Positions 10,840 to 21,033 are shown, numbered from the stretch's first letter. The stretch: 64,000 bases of DNA from Flavobacteriales bacterium (GCA_021741155.1 JAIOYP010000002.1:113557-177556); one strand, 5' to 3'. Program-made: numbers and translations. Notes: generated by a model not told the origin, from the sequence alone.

Positions 10840-11679
10840 ATGAAGCTCATCACAACCGCCAAAGAAATGTCTGAATATTCCTTTTCAACAAGGAGTAGTA
10901 GTGAGTTTGTTGGATTTGTCCCAACCATGGGAGCACTCCATTTAGGTCATATTTCGTTGATTAAAACTGCAAAAGCGAAGTGCGAAAATGTGGTAGTGTC
11001 AGTCTTTGTTAACCCAACGCAATTCAACGACTCAAACGACCTACAGAACTACCCACGCACGTTCGAATCAGACCGAAAGCTATTGGAAAACGAAGGGGTT
11101 GACGTCATGTTCTTTCCAAGTGCTAACGAAATATATCCTTCCCCAGAAGTTAAGCACTATGAGATGGACGGACTTGACGACCCGATGGAAGGGCCAAACA
11201 GACCTGGGCATTTCAATGGGGTTGTGCAAGTTGTAACTCGCCTTTTTGAATTAGTTAAGCCAAATGTGGCCTTCTTTGGCGAAAAGGATTTTCAGCAACT
11301 AGCCGTTATTCGTCACATGACCCAAAAGTTGGGCTACGATATAGAAATAGTAGGTTGTCCTACAGAACGTGAGGCAAGTGGGCTGGCAATGAGCTCAAGA
11401 AACATTCGACTCTCCAATGACGGACGAAAGCTCGCGAGCTCCATCAATCTGATTTTATTAGAAATAAAGAATCAACTGGCACTGAACGAACCTGCATCGG
11501 TAGTCTTAGAACAAGCGATTGCCGACATCGATCAATTGAACGGAATTACGCTTGAATATCTAGAGCTGGTGAATCCACAAACGCTTCAACCTGTTACAGA
11601 TGATTCTGCGGCAATTCAAGCATGCATTGCGCTATACATTGAAGAAGTAAGGCTGATAGATAACATGAGAGTGAAATAA
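10840..11679 (+). CDS. panC: Pantoate--beta-alanine ligase
   Basis: [39 protein letters not shown] and RLIDN motifs. Confidence 0.98.
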   Translation: MKLITTAKEMSEYSFSTRSSSEFVGFVPTMGALHLGHISLIKTAKAKCENVVVSVFVNPTQFNDSNDLQNYPRTFESDRKLLENEGVDVMFFPSANEIYPSPEVKHYEMDGLDDPMEGPNRPGHFNGVVQVVTRLFELVKPNVAFFGEKDFQQLAVIRHMTQKLGYDIEIVGCPTEREASGLAMSSRNIRLSNDGRKLASSINLILLEIKNQLALNEPASVVLEQAIADIDQLNGITLEYLELVNPQTLQPVTDDSAAIQACIALYIEEVRLIDNMRVK

Positions 11680-11695
11680 TTACTTTTGCGCGCCC

Positions 11696-12046
11696 ATGAA
11701 TATTCAGGTTTTAAAGAGCAAGATTCACCGCGTTACGGTTACGGAAGCCGACCTTAACTATATTGGCAGTATTACCATCGACCAAGACTTGATGGAGGCT
11801 TCCAATATTATTGAAGGAGAAAAGGTGCAGATTGTAAACGTCAATAATGGTGAGCGTTTAGAGACGTATGTTATCACCGGAAAACGTGGTGCGGGCGGCA
11901 TTTGCCTCAACGGCCCTGCAGCCAGAAGAGTAGCGGTTGGAGATATCATTATCATTATCTCTTATTGCACCCTAGATTTTGAAGAAGCTAAGTCCTTCAA
12001 ACCAACTCTAATTTTCCCGGATACAGCTACAAATTCACTCGTTTGA
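11696..12046 (+). CDS. panD: Aspartate 1-decarboxylase
   Basis: [14 protein letters not shown] self-cleavage site and NGPAAR. Confidence 0.98.
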   Translation: MNIQVLKSKIHRVTVTEADLNYIGSITIDQDLMEASNIIEGEKVQIVNVNNGERLETYVITGKRGAGGICLNGPAARRVAVGDIIIIISYCTLDFEEAKSFKPTLIFPDTATNSLV

Positions 12047-12056
12047 TTCAACGCAA

Positions 12057-13064
12057 GTGAAAGCAAAATTGCTCAATACTCTCAAGGTAGTGATACCACT
12101 CATCATTGGAGTATATGTTATTTGGTATCAGTTCAGTCAATTATCAAATGACCAGCTAACGCAGATTAAAACTTCTTTTGCGAACGCGGACTATTTTTGG
12201 GTGGTGATGAGCGTATCTTTTGGTGTTTTGAGCCATGTAAGTCGAGCTTACCGCTGGAATTTTGCTTTGGAACCTCTTGGCTACAAGAATCGGTTTATAA
12301 ATAACTTTTTTGGGGTAATGATTGGCTATGTGGCGAACATCATTCTTCCCCGATTCGGTGAGGTTTGGAGATGTGTTATGGTTTCTCGATATGAGAAAGC
12401 TCCCTTCGAAAAGCTATTTGGTACCGTGGTTGCAGAACGGGTTGCTGACATGCTTGTTCTAATGTTGATTGTGACCAGCGTACTTATCCTCCAACTGGCT
12501 CAACTCAAAGAAGCAATTAGTGGCCTTTTAAGCGACTTTCTTGAGAAAAACTCTATTGCTGAACTTGTCATTAAGCTTGGATTGGTTGCAATTTTTTTGC
12601 TGGTCACAACCATTATCGGATGGCGAATTCTAATGAAGTCACAGAATAAGATTATCTCAAAAATTCGGGGACTAGTGGTAGGAATACTAGAGGGCATTAC
12701 CTCCATTCTTAAGATGAAAAAGAAATGGGCTTTCTTGGCACATACCTTATTTATTTGGGTCTTATACCTAGGAATGTTTTACGTTCCTTTTCTTGCCCTT
12801 CCAGAAACAAGTACAGCGCCTATTTCGGCAGTCCTAGCTTCATTTGTTATGGCAAGTTTTAGCATTGTATTAGTTCAAGGAGGAATTGGAGTTTACCCAG
12901 TGGCTGTGGCGCAAACGCTTGTTCTTTATGGCATTGGTTACGAGGCTGGATTTGCCATGGGATGGATTATTTGGGTAGCACAAACAGCTATGATTGTCAT
13001 TTTTGGCGTGATTTCTTTGGTGCTTATGCCCATTCTAAATGAAAAACCGATTGCTACCGATTAA
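12057..13064 (+). CDS. Lysylphosphatidylglycerol-synthase TM-domain (flippase-like) membrane protein
   Basis: Polytopic; RAYRW, PRFGEVWR, GTVVAERVAD and QGGIGVY motifs. Confidence 0.85.
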   Translation: MKAKLLNTLKVVIPLIIGVYVIWYQFSQLSNDQLTQIKTSFANADYFWVVMSVSFGVLSHVSRAYRWNFALEPLGYKNRFINNFFGVMIGYVANIILPRFGEVWRCVMVSRYEKAPFEKLFGTVVAERVADMLVLMLIVTSVLILQLAQLKEAISGLLSDFLEKNSIAELVIKLGLVAIFLLVTTIIGWRILMKSQNKIISKIRGLVVGILEGITSILKMKKKWAFLAHTLFIWVLYLGMFYVPFLALPETSTAPISAVLASFVMASFSIVLVQGGIGVYPVAVAQTLVLYGIGYEAGFAMGWIIWVAQTAMIVIFGVISLVLMPILNEKPIATD

Positions 13065-13103
13065 GTTCGAGTGCCTATATTTACGATTCTAATAAAAATC
13101 GGC

Positions 13104-13541
13104 ATGAACTTTTTGCTTAAAAAAATAGCTCCTCTTTTTTTCCTCGGAATACTCTTGATTTCATCATGCGCTCAAACGAATATCTCAAAACTGGAAGGTA
13201 GTTGGAAGTTGGTTTGGATAAATGATTTAGCTGATACAGACATTTATGTTTGGCAATTTGAAGCCGGAGAACTTACCATTATTCGTTATCAACCATCAAG
13301 CCCGAACACACCTGAAATTGCAGCAAGAGCTCAGTACAAAACTTCGTCAGAATTCCTTGACGCCAAAGTGACGATTTCTGGATTTCTGCAATCTGGTGCA
13401 ACTGGCGATGCAAATGCCATGCTATCCAATGGAGCTTGGACGATTGACAAAATCAATAATGAGTATATGAGACTGTCAACCACTGACCAAGAAGGAAGTG
13501 GTGGCAGTTATGTGATTCGTGAATTTGAGCGAGCACAGTAA
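13104..13541 (+). CDS. Hypothetical lipoprotein (lipocalin-like)
   Basis: Lipobox LISSC followed by LEGSWKL. Confidence 0.65.
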   Translation: MNFLLKKIAPLFFLGILLISSCAQTNISKLEGSWKLVWINDLADTDIYVWQFEAGELTIIRYQPSSPNTPEIAARAQYKTSSEFLDAKVTISGFLQSGATGDANAMLSNGAWTIDKINNEYMRLSTTDQEGSGGSYVIREFERAQ

Positions 13542-13561
13542 TTCCTCATCTTTGGCCATCC

Positions 13562-14932
13562 ATGGCTAAAGTCAAAACAAATTTTTTCTGTCAGAATTGC
13601 GGACATTCTTCTCCAAAATGGGAGGGAAAATGCAACTCGTGTGGTGAGTGGAACACCTATGTTGAAGAGGTCGTTTCAACGAAATCTGCCTCGTCAAATA
13701 CTCCCAAACTGGGAAGCGCTGGAAAGCAATATGAAATTCGGTCTATCAATGAGATAGAGGCCAATCCAGAAGCTCGGTATTTGACACCCGATTCTGAATT
13801 TGACCGAGTGCTCGGAGGAGGCTTAGTTCCAGGAAGTTTGACTTTGATTGGTGGTGAACCAGGCATTGGAAAATCAACTCTTCTACTCCAATTAGCTCTA
13901 AATTGGAAAGGAAAAAAAGTTCTCTATATCTCGGGCGAAGAAAGCGAAGGACAGATAAAAATGCGTGCCGAGCGTATAGGCATTCGCAACTCAGAATGCT
14001 ATATCCTCACAGAAACATCCACGTTCAAACTCTTTAAGCAGATTAAAAAACTGCAACCCGAAGTGATTATTGTAGATTCCATTCAAACGGTTTATTCTGA
14101 ATTAATCGAATCCACACCCGGAAGCGTTTCTCAAATTCGCGAATGTACAGGAGAGTTTTTGCGGTTCGCAAAGGAATCGGATACGCCAGTCATCTTGGTC
14201 GGACACATCACAAAAGATGGCTCCATTGCAGGCCCAAAGATTCTGGAACACATGGTAGATACGGTTCTTCAATTTGAAGGAGACAGGCATCATTTATATA
14301 GAATCGTTCGTGCAGTAAAAAATCGTTTCGGCTCAACACCAGAACTCGGTATTTACGAAATGAAATCTGCTGGTTTGGAGGCTGTTTCTGACCCAAGCAG
14401 GATTCTTGTTCCAGACAGAGACGAACCTTTAAGTGGTGTTGCAATTTCAGCCACGTTGGAAGGTATTCGACCGATGCTTATTGAATCGCAGGCGTTGGTT
14501 AGTTCGGCTGTTTACGGAACGCCTCAGCGTTCGTGCACGGGATTCGATATGCGAAGATTGAATATGCTTTTGGCGGTCCTAGAAAAACGCTGCGGATTCA
14601 ATTTGGGTTCAAAAGACGTTTTCCTCAACATAACTGGCGGATTGAAAGTGGATGATCCTGCTCTTGATCTTGGAATTATCTGCGCCATTCTTTCTTCTAA
14701 TGCTGATTTACCTATTCAACCCGACAACTGTTTTGCCGCTGAAGTTGGCCTGAGCGGAGAAATTCGTCCAGTAAACCGTATTGAGCAACGCATTGAAGAA
14801 GCCGCCAAAATGGGAATGAAACGCATTTTCATTTCCAAGCGAAATGCAGATGAAAATGTGATGAAAACCAAATCAATCGAGGTCGTTTCAGTGGCGAAGG
14901 TGAATGACGTTTTCGCCAAGCTTTTCGGTTAA
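13562..14932 (+). CDS. radA: DNA repair protein RadA/Sms
   Basis: C4 zinc finger, Walker A GEPGIGKST, KNRFG motif and Lon-like C-terminus. Confidence 0.98.
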   Translation: MAKVKTNFFCQNCGHSSPKWEGKCNSCGEWNTYVEEVVSTKSASSNTPKLGSAGKQYEIRSINEIEANPEARYLTPDSEFDRVLGGGLVPGSLTLIGGEPGIGKSTLLLQLALNWKGKKVLYISGEESEGQIKMRAERIGIRNSECYILTETSTFKLFKQIKKLQPEVIIVDSIQTVYSELIESTPGSVSQIRECTGEFLRFAKESDTPVILVGHITKDGSIAGPKILEHMVDTVLQFEGDRHHLYRIVRAVKNRFGSTPELGIYEMKSAGLEAVSDPSRILVPDRDEPLSGVAISATLEGIRPMLIESQALVSSAVYGTPQRSCTGFDMRRLNMLLAVLEKRCGFNLGSKDVFLNITGGLKVDDPALDLGIICAILSSNADLPIQPDNCFAAEVGLSGEIRPVNRIEQRIEEAAKMGMKRIFISKRNADENVMKTKSIEVVSVAKVNDVFAKLFG

Positions 14933-15009
14933 TCTTCTGTGAACATTTGCGGGTTTGTGTAGTTAGTGGTTAAATCTACTTTTGCGCGCCATTTCAAAAA
15001 ACCATCAAA

Positions 15010-15579
15010 ATGAGTTTGAATTTCAAGGAAATCGTCACCGCCACCATGATTCTTTTTGCTGTGATTGACATCATCGGTAGTGTGCCGATTATTATTCAAT
15101 TACGACAGAAAAATGGCCACATCCGTTCAGGATTGGCAAGCGTTGTGGCACTTGTATTGATGATTGTGTTTCTTTTTTTAGGAGAAAGTATCCTAAGTTT
15201 AATCGGCATCACAGTTAGCGATTTTGCCATCGCAGGTTCGCTCGTCATCTTCTTTATCGCCTTGGAAATGATTCTTGGAATCCAGCTTTATAAGGAAGAT
15301 GATAGCCCATCCACAGCTTCTGTGGTTCCGTTAGCTTTTCCATTGATTGCTGGTGCCGGAACGCTCACAACCTTGCTTTCGCTTCGAGCCGAATATCAAA
15401 CTCAAAACATTCTCATTGCCATCGTAATAAATGTTGCTCTGGTTTATTTGGTTCTCAAAACAACTCGGCATATTGAGCGTTTCTTAGGCAAAGGAGGCAT
15501 CAACGTCTTGAGAAAAGTGTTCGGAATCATCCTTCTCGCAATTGCGGTCAAATTGTTCCGAACAAACCTTGGCGTTTGA
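15010..15579 (+). CDS. MarC-family membrane protein
   Basis: Six TM segments; VPLAFPLIAGAG motif. Confidence 0.9.
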   Translation: MSLNFKEIVTATMILFAVIDIIGSVPIIIQLRQKNGHIRSGLASVVALVLMIVFLFLGESILSLIGITVSDFAIAGSLVIFFIALEMILGIQLYKEDDSPSTASVVPLAFPLIAGAGTLTTLLSLRAEYQTQNILIAIVINVALVYLVLKTTRHIERFLGKGGINVLRKVFGIILLAIAVKLFRTNLGV

Positions 15580-15597
15580 AATGTTTAATTTTGTCAC

Positions 15598-16002
15598 GTG
15601 AAATTGCTGAAAGCCATATCATCATCCATTCTCGCCATGTTGGTGCTGCTATCCAGCATGGGGTTCTATGTGGATCACATGGTTTGCGGAATGAGTGGCG
15701 AGCACAAAGTGGCCATCAATCAATCGGTTGACGGTTGTTCGAATCGTTGTGATCGTTCTGAAGAGAATGCAGTGAAACGAACTTGCTGCGACTACGATTC
15801 GTACTACTTCAAGGATGAAGTTCCGGCAACTTCAAATGACACAAAAACCAAGCAAATTGCTTCGGCATTTGCATTTATTCCTCTTCACGAAGTCTTTACT
15901 GAACTTAGTTGTGCCGAAAGTTGCTGCTTTCATTTGGTAGAAGAGCCAGATATTCTACCCTCAGTAGAGCGGCACATCCTAATCCAAACCTTCCTTATCT
16001 GA
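15598..16002 (+). CDS. Cys-rich HYC_CC_PP-like protein, putative leader/regulatory ORF
   Basis: Hydrophobic N-terminus, HMVC, TCC, SCC (8 Cys in total) and C-terminal ILIQTFLI; directly upstream of a TonB receptor; GTG start 4 nt after TAATTTTG (15586-15593). Confidence 0.75.
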   Translation: MKLLKAISSSILAMLVLLSSMGFYVDHMVCGMSGEHKVAINQSVDGCSNRCDRSEENAVKRTCCDYDSYYFKDEVPATSNDTKTKQIASAFAFIPLHEVFTELSCAESCCFHLVEEPDILPSVERHILIQTFLI

Positions 16003-16065
16003 TACCACAGTTTTGATTGTTCCAATTCTTGGAACACCCACGAGTAATCATCAAAACTGTAATCA
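16000..16065 (+). promoter_or_regulatory. Stem-loop sequestering the translation start of the TonB receptor
   Basis: acagttttgat (16007-16017) is the exact complement of atcaaaactgt (16050-16060); inner hairpin tgttccaa/ttggaaca (16018-16036). Confidence 0.7.
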
Positions 16066-18308
16066 TGTTGAACATAGAGAAATCCCGATTTTTATCGGGG
16101 AAAAAGTTAATTCTGCTTGCGCTGATGCAAGCACTCATCATATTAAACGTCCGTGGGCAATCGCTGCTCGGATACGTGCACGAAGAGGTAGAAAGCGGCC
16201 ACGAACCACTCATTGGAGCTAGCGTTTTTTGGCTTGGAACAACCATAGGGGCTGCTACCGATATCGAAGGAAAATTCAGCATTGCCGAACCTGAAAAATA
16301 TCCTGCCAAATTGGTAGCGAGTTTCGTTGGATATTCGTCCGATACCATCACGGTTAAAAACAATAAAAAAGAGATTGAAATCCGCCTCAAACAGTCGGTG
16401 CAATTAGGCGAAGTAGTCGTTTCTGAACGCCAAGCTGGTAGCAGTTTTAAATTGCTCGATCCTGTTATTGCTGAGAATATCAGCAGCCACGAATTGGGAA
16501 AAGCCGCCTGCTGCAATCTGAGCGAAAGTTTTGAAACCAACGCCTCGGTGGATGTGGTAATGACCGATGCCGTTTCGGGCGCCAAGAAGATTCAAATGTT
16601 GGGGTTGGATGGCGTTTACACCCAAATTCAAGCAGAGAATGTGCCGTTGATTCGTGGGCTTTCATCCAACTACGGAATGGGTTTTATCCCTGGAACCTGG
16701 ATTGAAAGTATTCAAATTATTAAAGGACCTGGGTCGGTTTCTAACGGCTATGAAAGCATGGTGGGGCAGATTAATTTAGAATACTTCAAACCTGATCAAG
16801 CAGAAAAATTGTTCGTGAATGTTTACGGAAGTATGGGAGGAAGAGTAGAGGCAAACATTCAATCTGGCCATGTGTTCAACGAGAAAGTGGGCATGAATAT
16901 TAATGTGCACGCAAGCTCTGTCTTTAGGGAGAATGACATGAACAAGGATGGATTTTTAGACATGCCACGTTCGCAGCAATACAACCTCATGAACCGTTGG
17001 ATGATTACCCACAAGCGCTTGGAATTTCAGTTAGTGCTTCACGGATTGTATGATGATAAGATTGGCGGACAACTGGGGTTCAAGCCGTCTCAAGGGATTC
17101 ACTCAGATTCGCCATACGGCATTCGCATCACCAATCGATTAGCAAATGTTCATACCAAAACGGGTTATATCGTTCCGAATGTGTCAGATTTCAGCATTGC
17201 GTTGATAACCAATTGGCGCTATCATGATCAGCATTCCTATTTTGGATTCAAAAGCTATGATGGTGTGCAGAAAACAGTCAATACGAATCTGATTTTCCTG
17301 AAGCGATTCAATCAAGATAAACACACGCTGAAAGCTGGACTGAACTTCAACATGGATGATTATCAGGAAGCTTTTAACGACAGCGCTTTTGGTCGGCAGG
17401 AGTTGGTGCCAGGAGCCTACGCAGAGTACACCTATGTTATCAAACAGAAGTTTTCTGTAGTTGGCGGTTTCAGAGCCGATTACAATTCAAAATACGGCTG
17501 GTTTTACACACCGCGTTTACACATGAAGTATAATCCTACTGATAAAACAGTACTTCGTTTAACTGGTGGCCGAGGCTATAGATCTTCAAACGTATTTGCA
17601 GAAAACAGTTCGCTTATGGCAAGCTCTCGAAAAGTGAATGTGTTGGAAGCCTTGAATCCCGAAGTGTCGTGGAATTATGGTGTGAGCGCTTCCCATCAGT
17701 TCAGTGTTCTCGGAAAACCAGCTTCGGTTTATACAAGTTTCTACCGAACCGATTTTGAGAATCAGGTCGTCCTTGACCTAGATGCTGGTACGCAGAAAAT
17801 CAATGTTTACAATCTGAAAGGAGCCTCCTATTCCAATAGTTTGCAAAGCGAAATTACCTATGAACCTGTGAAGCGGTTTGAAGTGAAAGTTGCTTACAAA
17901 TGGAATGATGTTTGGATGCACACCGGAACAACGATGCGCAGGAAAGCCTTGTTGATGCAGCATAAATTTTTGACCACGTTGAGTTATGCCACCAATTTCA
18001 ACAAATGGCAATTTGATTTGAGTATGAATGTGAACGGCCCATCGCGAATTCCATCAACCTCTTCAAATCCTGAAGAGTATCAATTGCCAGCAGCTTCGCC
18101 TTGGCATGCAATGCTGAACTTGCAGGTGACTAAGCGATTCAAGTGGTTCGACTTGTATGTGGGCGCTGAAAACCTCACCAACTTCAGACAAAAAAACGCC
18201 ATTATTGCAGCCAACGATCCATACGGCCCGTTCTTTGATGCTTCATTAATTTGGGGTTCTCAAATGGGAATTAACCCGTATTTAGGATTACGCTATCGCT
18301 TGAAATAG
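16065..18308 (+). CDS. TonB-dependent receptor, probable metal (Cu) uptake
   Basis: Carboxypeptidase-regulatory-like N-domain (EPLIGASV...TDIEGKF), plug with KAACCNLSESFETN and IQIIKGPGS, terminal beta strand YLGLRYRLK; start reassigned to ATG 16065. Confidence 0.9.
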   Translation: MLNIEKSRFLSGKKLILLALMQALIILNVRGQSLLGYVHEEVESGHEPLIGASVFWLGTTIGAATDIEGKFSIAEPEKYPAKLVASFVGYSSDTITVKNNKKEIEIRLKQSVQLGEVVVSERQAGSSFKLLDPVIAENISSHELGKAACCNLSESFETNASVDVVMTDAVSGAKKIQMLGLDGVYTQIQAENVPLIRGLSSNYGMGFIPGTWIESIQIIKGPGSVSNGYESMVGQINLEYFKPDQAEKLFVNVYGSMGGRVEANIQSGHVFNEKVGMNINVHASSVFRENDMNKDGFLDMPRSQQYNLMNRWMITHKRLEFQLVLHGLYDDKIGGQLGFKPSQGIHSDSPYGIRITNRLANVHTKTGYIVPNVSDFSIALITNWRYHDQHSYFGFKSYDGVQKTVNTNLIFLKRFNQDKHTLKAGLNFNMDDYQEAFNDSAFGRQELVPGAYAEYTYVIKQKFSVVGGFRADYNSKYGWFYTPRLHMKYNPTDKTVLRLTGGRGYRSSNVFAENSSLMASSRKVNVLEALNPEVSWNYGVSASHQFSVLGKPASVYTSFYRTDFENQVVLDLDAGTQKINVYNLKGASYSNSLQSEITYEPVKRFEVKVAYKWNDVWMHTGTTMRRKALLMQHKFLTTLSYATNFNKWQFDLSMNVNGPSRIPSTSSNPEEYQLPAASPWHAMLNLQVTKRFKWFDLYVGAENLTNFRQKNAIIAANDPYGPFFDASLIWGSQMGINPYLGLRYRLK

Positions 18309-18381
18309 AATGAAAAAGGAGAAAAAGAAAAACGTTTTTCGGTTCGCACATTGAACCTAAATTTTTAAACATTGAACTAAC

Positions 18382-18714
18382 ATGAGAACTACACTATTAA
18401 TATTATTCGCTTCGTTTTCGCTAAACGCAGCTTTTGCACAAAAAACCATCGAAACAGTAGAGATTAAAACGTCTGCGGTTTGCGATATGTGCAAGGAAAC
18501 CATCGAAAAACAAATGGCTTTTACAAAAGGAGTAACAGCGGCAACACTGAACGTAAAGACGTCTGTTTTAACCGTGAGTTACAAGACGAACAGAACCACT
18601 TTGGAAGACATCAGAACAGCCATCAACGAAGTTGGGTATGATGCAGATGATAGTCCAGCCACGAAAGAAGCTTACGATAATCTTCATGGCTGTTGCAAGA
18701 AAGATTCGCATTAG
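18382..18714 (+). CDS. Exported heavy-metal-associated (HMA) domain protein
   Basis: Signal peptide, VCDMCKETIE (CxxC), EVGYDA and C-terminal LHGCC. Confidence 0.9.
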   Translation: MRTTLLILFASFSLNAAFAQKTIETVEIKTSAVCDMCKETIEKQMAFTKGVTAATLNVKTSVLTVSYKTNRTTLEDIRTAINEVGYDADDSPATKEAYDNLHGCCKKDSH

Positions 18715-18735
18715 CGAGCTTATTACTTTAGCGAC

Positions 18736-19305
18736 ATGAAACGAATCGCCATTTTTGCTTCGGGCGCAGGCACAAATGCCGCAAGAATAATTGAACACTT
18801 CACGGGACACTCCAGTATTGAGGTGTCCCTTGTTGTTTCAAATAAGAAGGATGCGCCTGTGCTCGAAAAAGCTCAGAAAGCGAATGTTCCAGTTTTTGTT
18901 TTTAATAGAGATGAATTCTACGATTCCAATCGGGTGGTTGAGAAACTCACGGGATTAAAGATTGATTTTGTGGTGCTAGCGGGCTTCATGTGGCTGGTGC
19001 CAGAAAACTTGATTAAAACGTATTCAGAGCGCATCATCAACGTTCATCCAGCACTTTTACCAAAGTTTGGTGGCAAAGGAATGTATGGCATGAACGTGCA
19101 CAAAGCTGTGAAGGAAGCGGGCGAAACAGAATCGGGTATAACCATTCATTTGGTGAACGAAGAATACGACAAGGGTCGCATACTTTTTCAGGCGAACTGT
19201 GCAGTTGAAGAAAAAGATTCGCCAGAGACAATAGCTACTAAGATTCATGCGTTAGAACACACTAACTTTCCGAGCGAAATCGAACGATTTATTCTAACCC
19301 CATGA
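18736..19305 (+). CDS. purN: Phosphoribosylglycinamide formyltransferase
   Basis: FASGAGTN, LAGFM, INVHPALLPKFGG and GITIHLVNEEYDKG motifs. Confidence 0.97.
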   Translation: MKRIAIFASGAGTNAARIIEHFTGHSSIEVSLVVSNKKDAPVLEKAQKANVPVFVFNRDEFYDSNRVVEKLTGLKIDFVVLAGFMWLVPENLIKTYSERIINVHPALLPKFGGKGMYGMNVHKAVKEAGETESGITIHLVNEEYDKGRILFQANCAVEEKDSPETIATKIHALEHTNFPSEIERFILTP

Positions 19306-19928
19306 AAACACTGCTTTGTCTCCTTTTGCTATCAACAATCCCTTTCCACGATGGAAACTGGGAATTAAAAAAAGACAAAGAAGGCATAAAGGTTTACACG
19401 AAACATGTTGAAGGATCGGGGCTGAAGGCCATCAAAGCAACGACAGTTTTTAATGCCAGTTTGGAGACTTGCGTGGCTGTTTTGCGAGACATTGACCATC
19501 TCACTGAACTCTTTCCTGACACTAAAGTGGTGAAGAAAATTTCGCAGACAGCAAATGACCAAGTTCATTATTTGGAGATGGATGCTCCTTGGCCAGTGAC
19601 CGATCGCGATGGAGCATTTCTTCTTGTTTACAAATACGATGCAACAACCCAAACAGTGCTTGTTGATGCCAAGATGAAGCCAGATGCCTGTCCCGTTAAA
19701 GATGGAATTATCCGCCTAAGCAAGGGTGGCGGAACATGGAAATTCAAACGAATTGACGCAACACACACTAGCCTTGAGTATTATTTTCATGGAGATCCAG
19801 GAGGCAACATACCTACATTTTTGGCTAATTCGGTAGTGGAAGAAAATCCGCTAAAAATGCTAACTAATTATCACGCGCTAGTAAAATTGGAGCGTTACCA
19901 AGGTAAGAAATTCAGCTTTATCAAATAA
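19302..19928 (+). CDS. START-domain lipid-binding protein, exported
   Basis: WELKKDKEGIKVY, APWPVTDRD and DPGGNIP motifs typical of START domains. Confidence 0.85.
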   Translation: MKTLLCLLLLSTIPFHDGNWELKKDKEGIKVYTKHVEGSGLKAIKATTVFNASLETCVAVLRDIDHLTELFPDTKVVKKISQTANDQVHYLEMDAPWPVTDRDGAFLLVYKYDATTQTVLVDAKMKPDACPVKDGIIRLSKGGGTWKFKRIDATHTSLEYYFHGDPGGNIPTFLANSVVEENPLKMLTNYHALVKLERYQGKKFSFIK

Positions 19929-19932
19929 GCCC

Positions 19933-19954
19933 TGAACGAATCTGGATTCGTTCA
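19933..19954. terminator. Palindrome / possible terminator
   Basis: tgaacgaatc-tg-gattcgttca, a perfect 10-bp inverted repeat between the START gene and the OmpA-like remnant. Confidence 0.5.
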
Positions 19955-20055
19955 ATTCCCCGCCAAAATATTGAACAGCTCGTTCAGTTTTGGCGTGATG
20001 ATAATCACTGTTCTGTGTTTTTTGCCTTGATTCCATTTGTTCCAGAAGAGTCGAA
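19952..20055 (-). pseudogene. Decayed duplicate of the last ~35 codons of the OmpA/MotB-domain gene
   Basis: Reads FDSSGTNGIKAKN-(1-nt deletion)-RTVIIITPKLNELFNILAGN*, versus LDSANTKEAKAKNRRTEIIITPKLNELFKILEGN* at 21072-21176. Confidence 0.9.
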
Positions 20056-20277
20056 AGCCCCGTTTTTTCTATCTCCTGATAGGGAAGTAACTTGACAGAC
20101 ACAACCAGAATTGGAAAAACTGTGATAAAATGATTCAAGCCAGAAGCATCTAGAAAACCCAGCAGAAGATGGTTTGTTCTAGTCTAGAACCAACATCTTT
20201 AAACGCCTTTGAAATTCCTGTAGAGTATTCGAGCGTTTGCCTATTTTGCCGCCTCCTTTCTATCAATACTGACAAAT

Positions 20278-21033
20278 ATGACACTCCTATCACGGTTTAA
20301 GCTTCTCCTAAAACAATACCATTGTCCAGTTTGTCAAACTAATGTCGAAGGTTTCGAACCTATATCACCTTATTATGTAGACACTGCTAACAGCCACGAT
20401 TTCATTTATTCTTTTAAAGACTTTGAAACCTTAAACCTAGAACATTACACGTGTCCTAATTGCAAATCATCAGACAGAGACCGGTTATATGCGCTATTCT
20501 TTAGTCAGTTGCACAAAACGACTCCTGTTTCTAGCATGCTCGACTTTGCGCCAGCTAAAGCTATAGAAGCATTTTTGAGAAGCCGTGTTGGAAAAGGCTA
20601 CCGTAGTACCGACCTCAATCGAAAAGATGTTGATGATTCTGGAGTAAACATCGAAGACATGAGTTGCTACGCAGATAATTCGTTCGATTTTATCATTTGC
20701 TCACATATTCTAGAACATGTAGCATCTCCAAAACTGGCAGTAAGCGAACTAAATCGGGTTTTAAAGGTCGGGTCAAAGGCTATTATTATGGTTCCTATTA
20801 TGACCACAATTGAGAATGACACCGAAGACTCGGCACTTGTCTCAGAAGCAAGCAGATGGAAACATTATGGTCAAGACGACCACGTACGCATGTTTTCTAA
20901 AAACGGGTTTGTAGCACTTCTGAAGTCAGCGGGATTCCAAGTTAGCCTATTGACCAAGTCAGACTTCAAAAATTCAAACTTCATAAAACTCGGAATTGAC
21001 CCTAAAAGTGTTCTTTACGTGGTAACCAAGTGA
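20278..21033 (+). CDS. Class I SAM-dependent methyltransferase with N-terminal Cys pairs (glycan-modifying type)
   Basis: CPVC/CPNC, LDFAP, FDFIICSHILEHV, RVLKVG and YGQDDHVR motifs. Confidence 0.85.
   Translation: MTLLSRFKLLLKQYHCPVCQTNVEGFEPISPYYVDTANSHDFIYSFKDFETLNLEHYTCPNCKSSDRDRLYALFFSQLHKTTPVSSMLDFAPAKAIEAFLRSRVGKGYRSTDLNRKDVDDSGVNIEDMSCYADNSFDFIICSHILEHVASPKLAVSELNRVLKVGSKAIIMVPIMTTIENDTEDSALVSEASRWKHYGQDDHVRMFSKNGFVALLKSAGFQVSLLTKSDFKNSNFIKLGIDPKSVLYVVTK

Noticed and set aside
15995-16585. 196-aa minus-strand ORF and similar long antisense ORFs (21498-22085, 41200-41898, 42532-43023)
   Set aside because: They lie opposite well-supported genes and have no recognisable motifs.
19878-20138. 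86-aa ORF as a real gene
   Set aside because: It overlaps the START gene antisense and runs out of frame across the OmpA-like remnant, which explains the sequence better.
20166-20199. Integron attC site next to the methyltransferase
   Set aside because: No convincing RYYYAAC...GTTRRRY boxes, wrong position relative to the gene, and no integrase or cassette array.
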